Of a DNA stretch of 32,000 nt, positions 11,333 to 20,579 are shown in pieces; the first letter of the stretch is position 1; the number at the start of each line of letters is the position of its first letter. The position numbers were made by a program, and so were the translations under genes. The stretch spans positions 1,440,001 through 1,472,000 of the forward strand of contig NZ_CP179200.1 in the NCBI RefSeq assembly GCF_051201565.1, in the 5' to 3' direction. The notes under the pieces are model-generated. The model searched no databases. It was not told the origin of the DNA and saw nothing but the letters and a program-made list of their open reading frames with translations. Source of the stretch: Pseudothioglobus sp. nBUS_23 (lineage in GTDB: Bacteria; Pseudomonadota; Gammaproteobacteria; PS1; Pseudothioglobaceae).

Positions 11333-11998
11333 ATGACCCAAGATGAATTAAAAAGCGAGGTGTCTAAAGCAGCACTTAAATACGTTACTCCTGGGACTAT
11401 TATAGGTGTTGGGACAGGTTCTACAGCAAATTTTTTTATCGATCATTTAGCTGGCATGAAAGACTCTATCAAGGGCGCAGTTGCAAGCTCTATTGATACT
11501 GCAAATAGACTTAAAAGACATGGCATCCCAGTTATTAATCTTAATGATGTTGATGAAATTTCTGTTTATATTGATGGTGCTGATGAGTCAGACCATAAAC
11601 TCAATCTTATCAAGGGTGGAGGAGGTGCATTAACTCGAGAAAAAATTGTTGCTGCAGTCTCCCGTCAATTCGTATGTATTGCAGATGAGTCTAAGCTTGT
11701 AGACTCATTAGGTAAGTTTCCTTTACCCGTTGAAGTAATTCCAATGTCCGCCAACTATGTAAAACGTCAAATTATTGACTCAATTGGGGGAAATCCAATT
11801 TTAAGGGAGGAATTAACCACTGATAATGGAAACCTGATACTTGATATACATGAGCTTGAAATTGATGATCCGCAAAATCTTGAGAATTGTCTTAACAATA
11901 TTGTTGGAGTAGTCACAAATGGGCTATTCGCAAATCGTGGCGCAGATATTCTTCTTTTAGGTTCGCAAAATGGTGTTATTATTAAGCACGCTAAATAA
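11333..11998 (+). CDS. rpiA: Ribose-5-phosphate isomerase A
   Basis: 221 aa with [14 protein letters not shown] and [11 protein letters not shown] motifs. A GGAGG ribosome-binding site lies 5 nt upstream of the ATG. Confidence 0.93.
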   Translation: MTQDELKSEVSKAALKYVTPGTIIGVGTGSTANFFIDHLAGMKDSIKGAVASSIDTANRLKRHGIPVINLNDVDEISVYIDGADESDHKLNLIKGGGGALTREKIVAAVSRQFVCIADESKLVDSLGKFPLPVEVIPMSANYVKRQIIDSIGGNPILREELTTDNGNLILDIHELEIDDPQNLENCLNNIVGVVTNGLFANRGADILLLGSQNGVIIKHAK

Positions 11999-12103
11999 TT
12001 TTTTAGCTTGTTGAAACATAGGTCGGTCACTAGCCCTATCCAAAAAAGGCCAATAAGAAAGATATTTCTGAATTGGTTTTATTAATCGAATAGGTTATGG
12101 AAA

Positions 12104-12520
12104 ATGAAAAAATTCATCAAGTTACTTGCTAAAGTGTTAATCGCATTTCTTGGAGTATGGTGCGTATGTGCTTCACTTTCAGCGCTATATGGTGTTTCTC
12201 TCTATTTTCCTTTCTATATAACTGATGGTGTGGAGATTCCATATCATCGATTGCTAGCTTTAAGAGTGACTATCCTACTCACTTTTGCCTATTACTCACT
12301 AAAGTATTTAATGTCTGAATCAAGGCAGTTATATCCTATTCAGTTTCTAGATACAATCTTAAAAATTTACTTTTGCTCTGCTTTAGTCATTGGAATAAGG
12401 TTAGAAGTTGCAGCCAGTGAATTTATGGTGTTGATTTTATTTTTGCTCATGGCAATTGTCACCCATGTTGTCTCAAGACCTAAATTAAGAAGGTTTTATT
12501 ACTCCAAGTTCTCTGATTAA
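12104..12520 (+). CDS. Hypothetical small integral membrane protein (about 4 TM segments), no family recognised
   Basis: 138-aa ORF with four hydrophobic stretches and a basic C-terminal tail (RPKLRRFYYSKF). Same strand as, and 63 nt upstream of, the YeeE-like genes. Its coding status rests on length and hydrophobic periodicity only. Confidence 0.5.
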   Translation: MKKFIKLLAKVLIAFLGVWCVCASLSALYGVSLYFPFYITDGVEIPYHRLLALRVTILLTFAYYSLKYLMSESRQLYPIQFLDTILKIYFCSALVIGIRLEVAASEFMVLILFLLMAIVTHVVSRPKLRRFYYSKFSD

Positions 12521-12583
12521 CAACGCACCTACAAAACTCATAATTCTGTTATTATTTATCTTCAATACACTTAATTATTAGGA

Positions 12584-13015
12584 ATGCATAACTTTACACC
12601 TGTCAGCGCACTCATTGGAGGAGTCATAATTGGGCTCTCGGTCGCATTGTATTTCTACTCAACTGGCAGATTGGCAGGGGTAAGTGGTATATTTGAGAAT
12701 ACTGTTACCAAGTCCTCGAAAAGTGTCTCAAATCTCCTATTCTTAATTGGCTTGGTGGTTGGACCAGTGGCTATCTACTATCTAATTTTGCCAAATAAAC
12801 CGATCGCATTTGAAATAACTAATTCATACCTGCTTATCATTTCTGGCGGCTTTTTGGTTGGTTTTGGAACTAGGCTTGGAGGTGGATGCACTTCTGGCCA
12901 TGGGATATGCGGTATTGGCAGACTGTCCGTAAACTCAATGATTGCTACTGCAATCTTTGTCCTCACTGGAATGATCACGGTATTCATTCTTCAACAACTG
13001 GGGATATACTTATGA
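12584..13015 (+). CDS. YeeE/YedE-family sulfur-compound transporter, first half-size subunit
   Basis: 143 aa, 4 TM segments, with the conserved GGGCTSGHGICG loop typical of YeeE/YedE (DUF395) repeats. Confidence 0.8.
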   Translation: MHNFTPVSALIGGVIIGLSVALYFYSTGRLAGVSGIFENTVTKSSKSVSNLLFLIGLVVGPVAIYYLILPNKPIAFEITNSYLLIISGGFLVGFGTRLGGGCTSGHGICGIGRLSVNSMIATAIFVLTGMITVFILQQLGIYL

Positions 13016-13422
13016 ATGATAAATTTATCTCCCTGATCTCTGGCGTTATTTTTGGAATTGGATTAGTAATCTCTGGAATGACAAATCCTGAGAAAGTGAT
13101 TGGCTTTCTAAGTATTACTCATAATTGGGATGCCTCGTTGATATTTGTTATGGGTGGAGGAGTACTAACTGCTGGACCTTTCTTTTTTCTATTAAAAAAC
13201 AAAGAGACTTCAGCTCTAGGCAATCAAATTGACTTACCTAAAAAACAGAAACTTGATAGCAAGATAGTTATAGGAGCTTCACTTTTTGGAGTCGGCTGGG
13301 GGCTTGTTGGACTCTGTCCGGGGCCCGCCATTGCAGCGCTTGCAACTCTTGATCCAATTGCATTTGTTTTCTTGATTTCAATGGCTGCTGGAGTCATAGC
13401 CAAAAAAAATATAGTTAAATAA
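13012..13422 (+). CDS. YeeE/YedE-family sulfur-compound transporter, second half-size subunit
   Basis: The ATG at 13012 overlaps the upstream stop (ATGA) and gives MNDKFISLISGVIFGIGLVISGMTNPEKV... with GWGLVGLCPGPA. The 42 upstream codons in the ORF track overlap the first subunit out of frame and are rejected. Confidence 0.78.
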   Translation: MNDKFISLISGVIFGIGLVISGMTNPEKVIGFLSITHNWDASLIFVMGGGVLTAGPFFFLLKNKETSALGNQIDLPKKQKLDSKIVIGASLFGVGWGLVGLCPGPAIAALATLDPIAFVFLISMAAGVIAKKNIVK

Positions 13423-13467
13423 ACTTTTTCCTACTAAAATATTCCTTCTCGAATATAAGATAAGCAT

Positions 13468-13692
13468 ATGACGAATCAAACTTTAGATATGTGTGGTTAT
13501 GCATGTCCAATGCCCATTTTAAAAACAAAGCAAGCACTTGCATCAATGTCTTCAAGAGAAGTCATCGAAGTCATTTGCACGGACCAGGGATCAAAAAAAG
13601 ATTTTGTGGCTTTCTGTAATCAACTTGGTCATAAACTAATATCTCAAAGAGATGAAGGCAATAAAATCATCTTCCAAATAGAAAAAAACTAG
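13468..13692 (+). CDS. TusA/YeeD-family sulfur carrier protein
   Basis: 74 aa with the N-terminal LDMCGYACPMPILKTK, which carries the CPxP active-site cysteine motif of TusA/SirA-family proteins. Confidence 0.85.
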   Translation: MTNQTLDMCGYACPMPILKTKQALASMSSREVIEVICTDQGSKKDFVAFCNQLGHKLISQRDEGNKIIFQIEKN

Positions 13693-13700
13693 TCTAAATT

Positions 13701-14216
13701 ATGTCTGATCTAAATGAAATGACGCTAATTGCGTCAAAAGGGACTCTTGACTGGGCCTATCCCCCTTTTATTTTGGCTTCAACTGGAATTGCTATGGGCA
13801 AAGAAGTAACAGTATTTTGTACTTTCTATGGCTTAAACCTTTTGCTTAAAGACTTATCACACTTAAGAATTTCCCCACAGGGAAATCCTGATATGCCAAT
13901 GAAAATGCCTTTTGGGCCAAAATGGTTTCAAGCGATTGATTTTGGACCTAAAATTCCTAACTTATTTTGGAATATTCCTGGATTAGAGTTTTTCGCTACA
14001 CAGATGATGAAGAAAACCTTTTCAAATAATGGCATGGCCACTATTGAGGAGCTCCGAGAAATTTGCATTGATATGGGGGTAAAGTTTATTGCCTGCGAAA
14101 TGACAATGGGAATGTTTGGTTTTTCTCGAGAGGATTTTATTGAAGGTATTGAGTTTGCTGGAGCTGCTACCTATCTGGATGTCGCTCACAAATCTAACCA
14201 AGATTTATTTATTTAG
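13701..14216 (+). CDS. DsrE/DsrF-like (DrsE_2 / COG2210-type) sulfur-relay family protein
   Basis: 171 aa. The N-terminal MTLIASKGTLDWAYPPFILASTG...V.VF.TFYG pattern and a C-terminal FIACEMTM cysteine resemble DsrE-like proteins often annotated as 'peroxiredoxin family'. Starts 8 nt after the TusA-like gene. Confidence 0.65.
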   Translation: MSDLNEMTLIASKGTLDWAYPPFILASTGIAMGKEVTVFCTFYGLNLLLKDLSHLRISPQGNPDMPMKMPFGPKWFQAIDFGPKIPNLFWNIPGLEFFATQMMKKTFSNNGMATIEELREICIDMGVKFIACEMTMGMFGFSREDFIEGIEFAGAATYLDVAHKSNQDLFI

Positions 14217-14217
14217 T

Positions 14218-14874
14218 CTATCGCCAGTCAAGATTTTTCCACCCATTCTCATTAGCCGCTGCCGTGAGTATTGGGTCACCATTAATGGCTACAGGGTTAT
14301 CCACAAGCTCAAGAAGCGGAAGGTCATTGTGGGAGTCTGAATAAAAATAAGATCCAATCAAGTTTTCATTGTTCGTTACAAGCCAAGGCATTAAATTATC
14401 AATTTTTCCAGACTGAAAACACGGAATACCTGAGACTTTACCAGTAAACCTTCCTGATACAAACTCTGGTTCAGTTGCTAGCAAATGCTCAATACCATAC
14501 ATTTCAACAATCGGTTTCGTAACAAAGGTGTTGGATGCAGTGATGACAAGAACTGAATCCCCATTCTTTTTGTGATTGTCAATGCAATTTTGAGCTTTTT
14601 CAAGAAATATTGGCCTAATTTTTGTCTCCATAAAGTCTTTGCGAAGCTGATTGAGCTTATCAAAAGAATGCTCTGATAGAACTTTAAAACTAAACTCTGC
14701 CCAGGCATAAATATCGAGCTCACCAATTTCATACTGATGATAAAAATAATCATTCATCTTTTGGAACGATTCTCGATCAGTAATAATTCCTTCATCACAC
14801 AAGAATTCCCCCCAAAGATAATCGCTATCGCCACCAATAAGAGTATTATCTAAATCAAAAATTGCTAAAGGCAT
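14218..14874 (-). CDS. HAD-superfamily subfamily IB hydrolase (SerB-like phosphatase family)
   Basis: The N-terminal FDLDNTL is the DxDxT HAD motif I. TASN... and a GK...D.....SD.ND motif III region are present. 218 aa. Confidence 0.75.
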   Translation of the reverse strand: MPLAIFDLDNTLIGGDSDYLWGEFLCDEGIITDRESFQKMNDYFYHQYEIGELDIYAWAEFSFKVLSEHSFDKLNQLRKDFMETKIRPIFLEKAQNCIDNHKKNGDSVLVITASNTFVTKPIVEMYGIEHLLATEPEFVSGRFTGKVSGIPCFQSGKIDNLMPWLVTNNENLIGSYFYSDSHNDLPLLELVDNPVAINGDPILTAAANENGWKNLDWR

Positions 14875-15467
14875 ACTTCTGTCTCCACGATGTTCATAAT
14901 CTCTTCAACTGAATCAACAACTCTGATTAACTCAAAATGTTCCTGATTGACATAGGATTTATCGACTGTTTGCTGTATCCATGATAGAAGCGAGTTCCAA
15001 AATTTTGAGTCATACAAAACGATTGGCATTTTCTTCATTTTCCTAGTTTGCATTAAAGTTAAAACCTCCATCAACTCATCAGCAGTTCCATAACCACCGG
15101 GAAAATAGATACAAGCACTTGAGTACTTAACAAGCATCACTTTTCTTGAAAAGAAATAGTTAAAGGTAATATTTTCATCCAAATAAGGATTGCTAGACTG
15201 TTCCTGCGGTAATAAGATATTAAGACCAATACTTTTGGATTTGCCCTCATAGGCTCCTTTATTAGCCGCACTCATAATACCCGGTCCGCCACCTGTAAAT
15301 ACATTGTAACCTGCATTAGATAGGTCTTTACCCAATTCATACGCCTTGAAATACAAAGGGTCTGAAGACTCAATTCTTGCAGAACCAAAAACAGTGACAT
15401 TATTTTCAAAACTCTGAAGTTTTTCTTTTGCTGATAATAACTCAGCACCGACAGTAACTAGGCTCAT
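14865..15467 (-). CDS. LOG-family protein (TIGR00730; putative nucleotide 5'-monophosphate nucleosidase)
   Basis: 200 aa with GGGPGIM and [10 protein letters not shown], the two signature motifs of LOG/lysine-decarboxylase-like proteins. Confidence 0.8.
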   Translation of the reverse strand: MSLVTVGAELLSAKEKLQSFENNVTVFGSARIESSDPLYFKAYELGKDLSNAGYNVFTGGGPGIMSAANKGAYEGKSKSIGLNILLPQEQSSNPYLDENITFNYFFSRKVMLVKYSSACIYFPGGYGTADELMEVLTLMQTRKMKKMPIVLYDSKFWNSLLSWIQQTVDKSYVNQEHFELIRVVDSVEEIMNIVETEVCL

Positions 15468-16747
15468 AGCGACGAAAAAACAGCAGAAGCTGCTTCAATT
15501 GTTCTGTTAATATCCTCTTCTGTATGAGCAATTGATAGAAATCCAGCCTCGTAAGCAGAGGGTGCAAGATAGACACCTTTGTTTAGCATAGCATTATAAA
15601 AGTTTTTAAAAAGCTCTATATCGCAACTAGATGCCTGCTTAAAATTAGTAACTTTATCTTCGGCACTAAAAAACAGGCCAAACATTCCCCCTACATAGTT
15701 ACTTGTCATTGGAATGCCATGAGATTTTGCTTCAGAGACCACCCCATCAACAAGCTGAGACGCTCGCTCACCAAGGTTTTGATAAAAGGACTTGTCAGAC
15801 TCTAGGGCACTGAGCATAGCTATTCCAGATGCCATTGATAACGGATTACCTGAAAGTGTTCCTGCCTGATAAACTGGTCCAAGAGGGGCAATTTGATTCA
15901 TAATTTCTCTTTTTCCACCAAATGCTGCCACCGGCAGTCCGCCACCTATGACTTTACCCAGAGCTGTCAGGTCAGGCTTCACTTGATAAACCTCTTGAGC
16001 ACCCCCTAAGGCAACTCTGAAACCTGTCATTACTTCATCAAAAATAAGCACCGTGCCATACTTATCACAAATCTTTCTTAGGCCCTCTAGAAAACCATCT
16101 TTGGGCGGAATGCAATTCATATTGCCGGCTATTGGTTCAACAATAATACAGCCAATTTCTTCTCCCATTTTAGAAAACAATTCCTCAACAAGCTCCAAAT
16201 TATTAAACTCGAGTGTCAAAGTATGCTTGGCGAGATCCTCTGGCACTCCGGGAGATGTAGGGACACCTAATGTAAGGGCTCCAGATCCAGCCTTAACCAG
16301 TAAAGAGTCAGAATGCCCATGATAACAGCCCTCAAATTTTAAAATTTTGTCACGATTCGTGAAACCTCTTGCCAATCTAATCGCACTCATGGTTGCCTCT
16401 GTACCTGAACTAACCATTCGAACAAGTTCAATGGAAGGCATTATTTGACAAACTTTTTTTGCCAATGATGTCTCTATTGCAGTTGGCGCACCAAATCCTA
16501 AGCCCTTATCTAGAACAGACTTTACAGCATCAATTATGACAGGATTTGAATGACCCAAGATCATTGGGCCCCATGAGCCGACATAATCAATATAGGAGTT
16601 TCCATCTACATCAAAAAGATAAGCACCCTCTCCTCTATCAAAGAACACAGGGTCGCCACCAACGCCATTAAATGCTCTGACAGGAGAGTTGACACCTCCA
16701 GGAATATACTCTTTTGCCTCTCTAAATAAAATTGAAGATTGTTTCAT
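15464..16747 (-). CDS. hemL: Glutamate-1-semialdehyde 2,1-aminomutase
   Basis: The ATG at 16747 gives [34 protein letters not shown] and the PLP-lysine region [10 protein letters not shown] are present. The 20-codon upstream extension in the ORF track lies inside holB. Confidence 0.93.
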   Translation of the reverse strand: MKQSSILFREAKEYIPGGVNSPVRAFNGVGGDPVFFDRGEGAYLFDVDGNSYIDYVGSWGPMILGHSNPVIIDAVKSVLDKGLGFGAPTAIETSLAKKVCQIMPSIELVRMVSSGTEATMSAIRLARGFTNRDKILKFEGCYHGHSDSLLVKAGSGALTLGVPTSPGVPEDLAKHTLTLEFNNLELVEELFSKMGEEIGCIIVEPIAGNMNCIPPKDGFLEGLRKICDKYGTVLIFDEVMTGFRVALGGAQEVYQVKPDLTALGKVIGGGLPVAAFGGKREIMNQIAPLGPVYQAGTLSGNPLSMASGIAMLSALESDKSFYQNLGERASQLVDGVVSEAKSHGIPMTSNYVGGMFGLFFSAEDKVTNFKQASSCDIELFKNFYNAMLNKGVYLAPSAYEAGFLSIAHTEEDINRTIEAASAVFSSL

Positions 16748-17787
16748 TAATGCTCCTGAAAATTTGTGACAGCTGGATATTTTTTTAAATTCGTAATGTG
16801 AGACCACACCACCAAGATATTATCCAATAATAATTTCATATTTACAGGGGTTTGTGACAGCGAAATTGCTTGATTGGTATCATCTAAAAGTTTATATAAA
16901 TGATTGAAAGAGGCTTTTTCAACAACCTTATTCAACTCAAGATTTGCACCATCATGATTTAATATTTTAATTTTAATGCCTTCATTAATGAGGTGTTGCA
17001 GACATTTCAATACATCAAGCTCATTATCAGAAAAAATTTCTGCATCTATAATTTTGGTTGGGCTCAATGCAATTTCTAAAAGCAAGTTTTGCCAGCTCTG
17101 ATATTTAAAATAATAATCCCCTTTTAAATCATCGATTGCCCTTTGAGGAACACCGTGTGCACTTTCTAATAACTGCATAGGATCAAAGTCTGATCGAGTA
17201 TCGTCGTTAATTTGGCTCGCAACCCAATTTGCAGTGCCCTCATTATAGGATGGGTTTATGTGAATAGTTTGACATCTAGACAAAATAGTCATCGGAAGTC
17301 TATCAGTATTATGAGCAAGCAAAATAATGAGCGTGTTTTGTCTAGGCTCTTCGAGTGTTTTGAGAAGGCTATTGGCTGCATTATTATTCATCTGATCAGC
17401 ATAAAAAACTACTCCGATTTGAAGAGTTTCGGCTGTTTTTCCTAATGACTCGCAAAATGCTCTAATTTGATCAACTCTAATATCCTTTGACATTGAGCCG
17501 GAGTCATTTAGTTCCGTTCTGCAATAAATTAAATTTGGATAATGAGAGCGACGAATTAAGACACTGTGGCCCAATTCAGATTTAGGATCATCATTATTTA
17601 GTGTTTTACAAAGTTCACAATGATCGCAAGAGGAGTTTGGGCAAAGGAGCTTTTTGATTAAAGCTTGAGTAAAATCAAACTTACCAATTTTTTCTACTCC
17701 AGTTATGAGCAGAGCATGAGGTAAATGATTTTGCTCAATCATCTTATCAAGCTTTTCACTCGCTTTTTTATGCCATGGAAAGGTCAT
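16747..17787 (-). CDS. holB: DNA polymerase III subunit delta'
   Basis: 346 aa with HALLITG..KIGK (degenerate P-loop), a Cys-rich zinc module ([12 protein letters not shown]) and an SRC motif (ILSRCQ). tmk-holB synteny is conserved. Confidence 0.85.
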   Translation of the reverse strand: MTFPWHKKASEKLDKMIEQNHLPHALLITGVEKIGKFDFTQALIKKLLCPNSSCDHCELCKTLNNDDPKSELGHSVLIRRSHYPNLIYCRTELNDSGSMSKDIRVDQIRAFCESLGKTAETLQIGVVFYADQMNNNAANSLLKTLEEPRQNTLIILLAHNTDRLPMTILSRCQTIHINPSYNEGTANWVASQINDDTRSDFDPMQLLESAHGVPQRAIDDLKGDYYFKYQSWQNLLLEIALSPTKIIDAEIFSDNELDVLKCLQHLINEGIKIKILNHDGANLELNKVVEKASFNHLYKLLDDTNQAISLSQTPVNMKLLLDNILVVWSHITNLKKYPAVTNFQEH

Positions 17788-18401
17788 AATGAGTCTAGTA
17801 ATACCCTAATTTTGGATTGAATATCTTTTACTGATCCACTTGCATCTATCAACTTGATTCGCTCTGGGAAGGACTCTGATCTACTTATAAAAACAGATCT
17901 TACTCGCTCAAAAAAAGCCCGTTCTTCTAATTCAATTCTGTCTTTTGCAGCTCTAGCCTCTATTCTTTGCATGCCAATCTCAACACTCACATCTAATAAA
18001 AGAGTTAAGTCTGGTTTAAAGTCACCTAAAACCCAATCTGCTAGCTCAGAAATACGATTTAAATCGAGCATTCTTCCGCCACCTTGATAGGCAAAAGAGG
18101 CATCAGTAAAGCGATCGCTAACAACCCAAAACCCCTCATTCAAAGCAGGAATAATTTTATTTTGAATCAATTCATTTCTTGAGCTAAACATTAACATTAG
18201 CTCTGTGTCACTATGCATCTCTTGATTATCTACATCGAGCAAAACAGAACGTATTTTCTCACCAACTTCTGTGCCACCAGGTTCACGAGTTCTAACAACT
18301 TCTATACTTTTTTCATGTAAATAGCTACAAATAAGGTCAATTTGCGTACTTTTACCAGCACCTTCAACACCATCAACAGTAATAAATTTCCCTTTTCTCA
18401 T
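17784..18401 (-). CDS. tmk: Thymidylate kinase
   Basis: 205 aa with the P-loop GVEGAGKST, a DRF motif and a LID region. ATGA overlap with holB. Confidence 0.93.
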   Translation of the reverse strand: MRKGKFITVDGVEGAGKSTQIDLICSYLHEKSIEVVRTREPGGTEVGEKIRSVLLDVDNQEMHSDTELMLMFSSRNELIQNKIIPALNEGFWVVSDRFTDASFAYQGGGRMLDLNRISELADWVLGDFKPDLTLLLDVSVEIGMQRIEARAAKDRIELEERAFFERVRSVFISRSESFPERIKLIDASGSVKDIQSKIRVLLDSL

Positions 18402-18417
18402 ACCCTATAATTTTAAA

Positions 18418-19401
18418 CTAGTTAGTCTTTAAGTACTTCTTGATATTCTCTTTATGCTCGTCATAAGTCTCTGCAAATGCATGACTACCATCTTTCTTTG
18501 AAACAAAGTATAGTGCACTCCCCTTAACCGGATGAAGCGCTGCAAATAGAGAATGGTAGCCAACAGAGGAGATAGCACCTGGAGGTAGCCCCTTATTTCG
18601 ATAGGTGTTATAAGGATGATCAAACTTCAAGTCGCTTCGAGTTAGTGGAGGCTTGTATTGATCTCCCAGAGCATAGATAACGGTGGGATCAGTCTGTAGA
18701 CGCATATTTGAATTTAATCTTCCAATAAACACACCGGAAATTATTGGCTTTTCGTTATTAAGGGCTGTTTCGTTTTCTATCAATGAAGCTAAAATAATTG
18801 CTTGATAAGGTGAATCAAGTGGGATAGATTTATCTCTGTTTTCCCACAACTCTGCCAATTTGACTTTCATTGTTTCATGGGATTTTTTTAAAACATTCTC
18901 AATGCTTTCGCCATAATTAAAAATATAGGTTTCAGGATAAAACCAACCATCGTAAGGCTTCTTTACGCCAATTGATTTCATAATATTCTCCAGAGATCCA
19001 TTGGAGTTTATTGATGGGTCTTTATCTAATTGTTCAAAGTAGTATTGAATCGTTTTTCCTTCAACCAAAGTAACTTTAGTTTTAAGGACTTCACCATTTG
19101 AAATTTGATTAATGAAATTAAAAATACTGGTATCAGGCTTTAGTTCATAATATCCAGACTTTAATTTCTTATTTGCATTGAGCAGCCTACTCAAGGACGT
19201 AAAGAACCTCTTTGATTTAATTATTTTTTTTTCACTCAACTCCTGTGCCACTTCACCTATGGAAGAGCCAGATTTAACTTGAAAAATTTGAGGTTGGTTA
19301 ACTAAAATATCCTTTGATGTCAGTATCCATGCGATTAGCAATAATAAAAGAGCGGACGCTATGATTCTTGAAAAAAGTTTACGTCTAGTAGTTAAATACA
19401 T
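18418..19401 (-). CDS. mltG: Endolytic murein transglycosylase MltG (YceG-like)
   Basis: N-terminal TM anchor, then LIENE, RLQTDPTVIY and YNTY...GLPPGAI motifs. The ORF-track start at 19407 is a TTG, so I prefer the ATG at 19401. Confidence 0.9.
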   Translation of the reverse strand: MYLTTRRKLFSRIIASALLLLLIAWILTSKDILVNQPQIFQVKSGSSIGEVAQELSEKKIIKSKRFFTSLSRLLNANKKLKSGYYELKPDTSIFNFINQISNGEVLKTKVTLVEGKTIQYYFEQLDKDPSINSNGSLENIMKSIGVKKPYDGWFYPETYIFNYGESIENVLKKSHETMKVKLAELWENRDKSIPLDSPYQAIILASLIENETALNNEKPIISGVFIGRLNSNMRLQTDPTVIYALGDQYKPPLTRSDLKFDHPYNTYRNKGLPPGAISSVGYHSLFAALHPVKGSALYFVSKKDGSHAFAETYDEHKENIKKYLKTN

Positions 19402-20225
19402 GTCCAAGATTTGCTATCTTTAGTCACCGATTCAAATGCTATTTTAATCCGCTCAGTCAGGGATCTTTTTTGGAACTGAAAATCCTCAATCAAATTAACT
19501 GACTGAATCCCAATAATGCTATTTGAAATGAAGACTTCGTCAGCTTTTATTACCTCATTTATTGAAATATTTCTTTGTTCAACATGTAACTCTATCGATT
19601 CTGCCAGCTCTAGAATAAGAGATCGCCGACTTCCTATGACGCCGCATCTATCCAAACTTGGCGTGACTAGCCTTTGGCCAAAAATGAAATAAATGTTTCC
19701 TTGGGTCACAGAAATGATATTTTGGTTTTCATCTAACATAATTGCCTCATCAGCTTTCAATGAAGACCGCGCCAAAATTTGTTCAATCCTATTGCAATGT
19801 TTAATGCCTGCTAGATTTGGATTTGAATGGAAACCACTTTGAGCATACTCAAGAGAATATGATTCTCGTGTATGAGTTTTTTTCATTTCTGAAACAATGA
19901 CAACTCTAACTGGCAAAATATCATCAGGATAGCTATACCCCCTTTCTGTATTGCCGCGTGATAAAACTAATTTAAGAACGCAATTTTTTTTTGAAGTTAA
20001 GTTAAGTGCTTTTTTGATATCCTTTAACCATAAGGATTCTTCTATGTTTTTTATTTTGAGTTTTCTGCAACCAATTTCCAGTCTCGACAGGTGTTTTTCC
20101 CAAAATAAGATGCGATTATCTTTAACAATACAGGTTTCAAATAGTCCATCACCATATTGAAAATTACGGTTAAAAATACTTACATTTGACTGCTCTTTAC
20201 CATTGATAATTGCGATTGAATCCAT
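19392..20225 (-). CDS. pabC: Aminodeoxychorismate lyase (class IV aminotransferase fold)
   Basis: 277 aa with YGDGLFET near the N-terminus and a fold-type IV length. pabC-mltG-tmk-holB order as in E. coli. It could alternatively be a branched-chain or D-amino-acid aminotransferase-like paralogue. Confidence 0.7.
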   Translation of the reverse strand: MDSIAIINGKEQSNVSIFNRNFQYGDGLFETCIVKDNRILFWEKHLSRLEIGCRKLKIKNIEESLWLKDIKKALNLTSKKNCVLKLVLSRGNTERGYSYPDDILPVRVVIVSEMKKTHTRESYSLEYAQSGFHSNPNLAGIKHCNRIEQILARSSLKADEAIMLDENQNIISVTQGNIYFIFGQRLVTPSLDRCGVIGSRRSLILELAESIELHVEQRNISINEVIKADEVFISNSIIGIQSVNLIEDFQFQKRSLTERIKIAFESVTKDSKSWTCI

Positions 20226-20257
20226 ATCTTATGGGAGCATTATATTATGCAATAAGG

Positions 20258-20569
20258 TTAGGAATATGAACAGCAATAATCAACAACTGAGTTCACTTTT
20301 AACTTAAAAATGCTTTGAGCGGGAACCTCAAAAGACTCTCCACCTTGAATAGTTTTCCATCTATCACTGCCTGGAAGTAAAACATTCATCTCTCCTGCAA
20401 GGATCTCCATTAGCTCATGCTTTTCAGTGGAAAATTCGAATTCACCTGACATCATAATTCCAAGAGTTTTTGTGCTACCATCATTCAACTTAATAATTCT
20501 ACTGGTGACTTTGCCATCGAAATAAATGTTAGCAGCCTTAATAATCTCTACGTTTTTATAGGTTGACAT
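20258..20569 (-). CDS. ppnP: Pyrimidine/purine nucleoside phosphorylase PpnP (DUF1255, cupin)
   Basis: 103 aa. YFDGKVTSR near the N-terminus and a cupin-size protein match YaiE/PpnP. Confidence 0.8.
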   Translation of the reverse strand: MSTYKNVEIIKAANIYFDGKVTSRIIKLNDGSTKTLGIMMSGEFEFSTEKHELMEILAGEMNVLLPGSDRWKTIQGGESFEVPAQSIFKLKVNSVVDYCCSYS

Positions 20570-20579
20570 AAGCAGTTCC

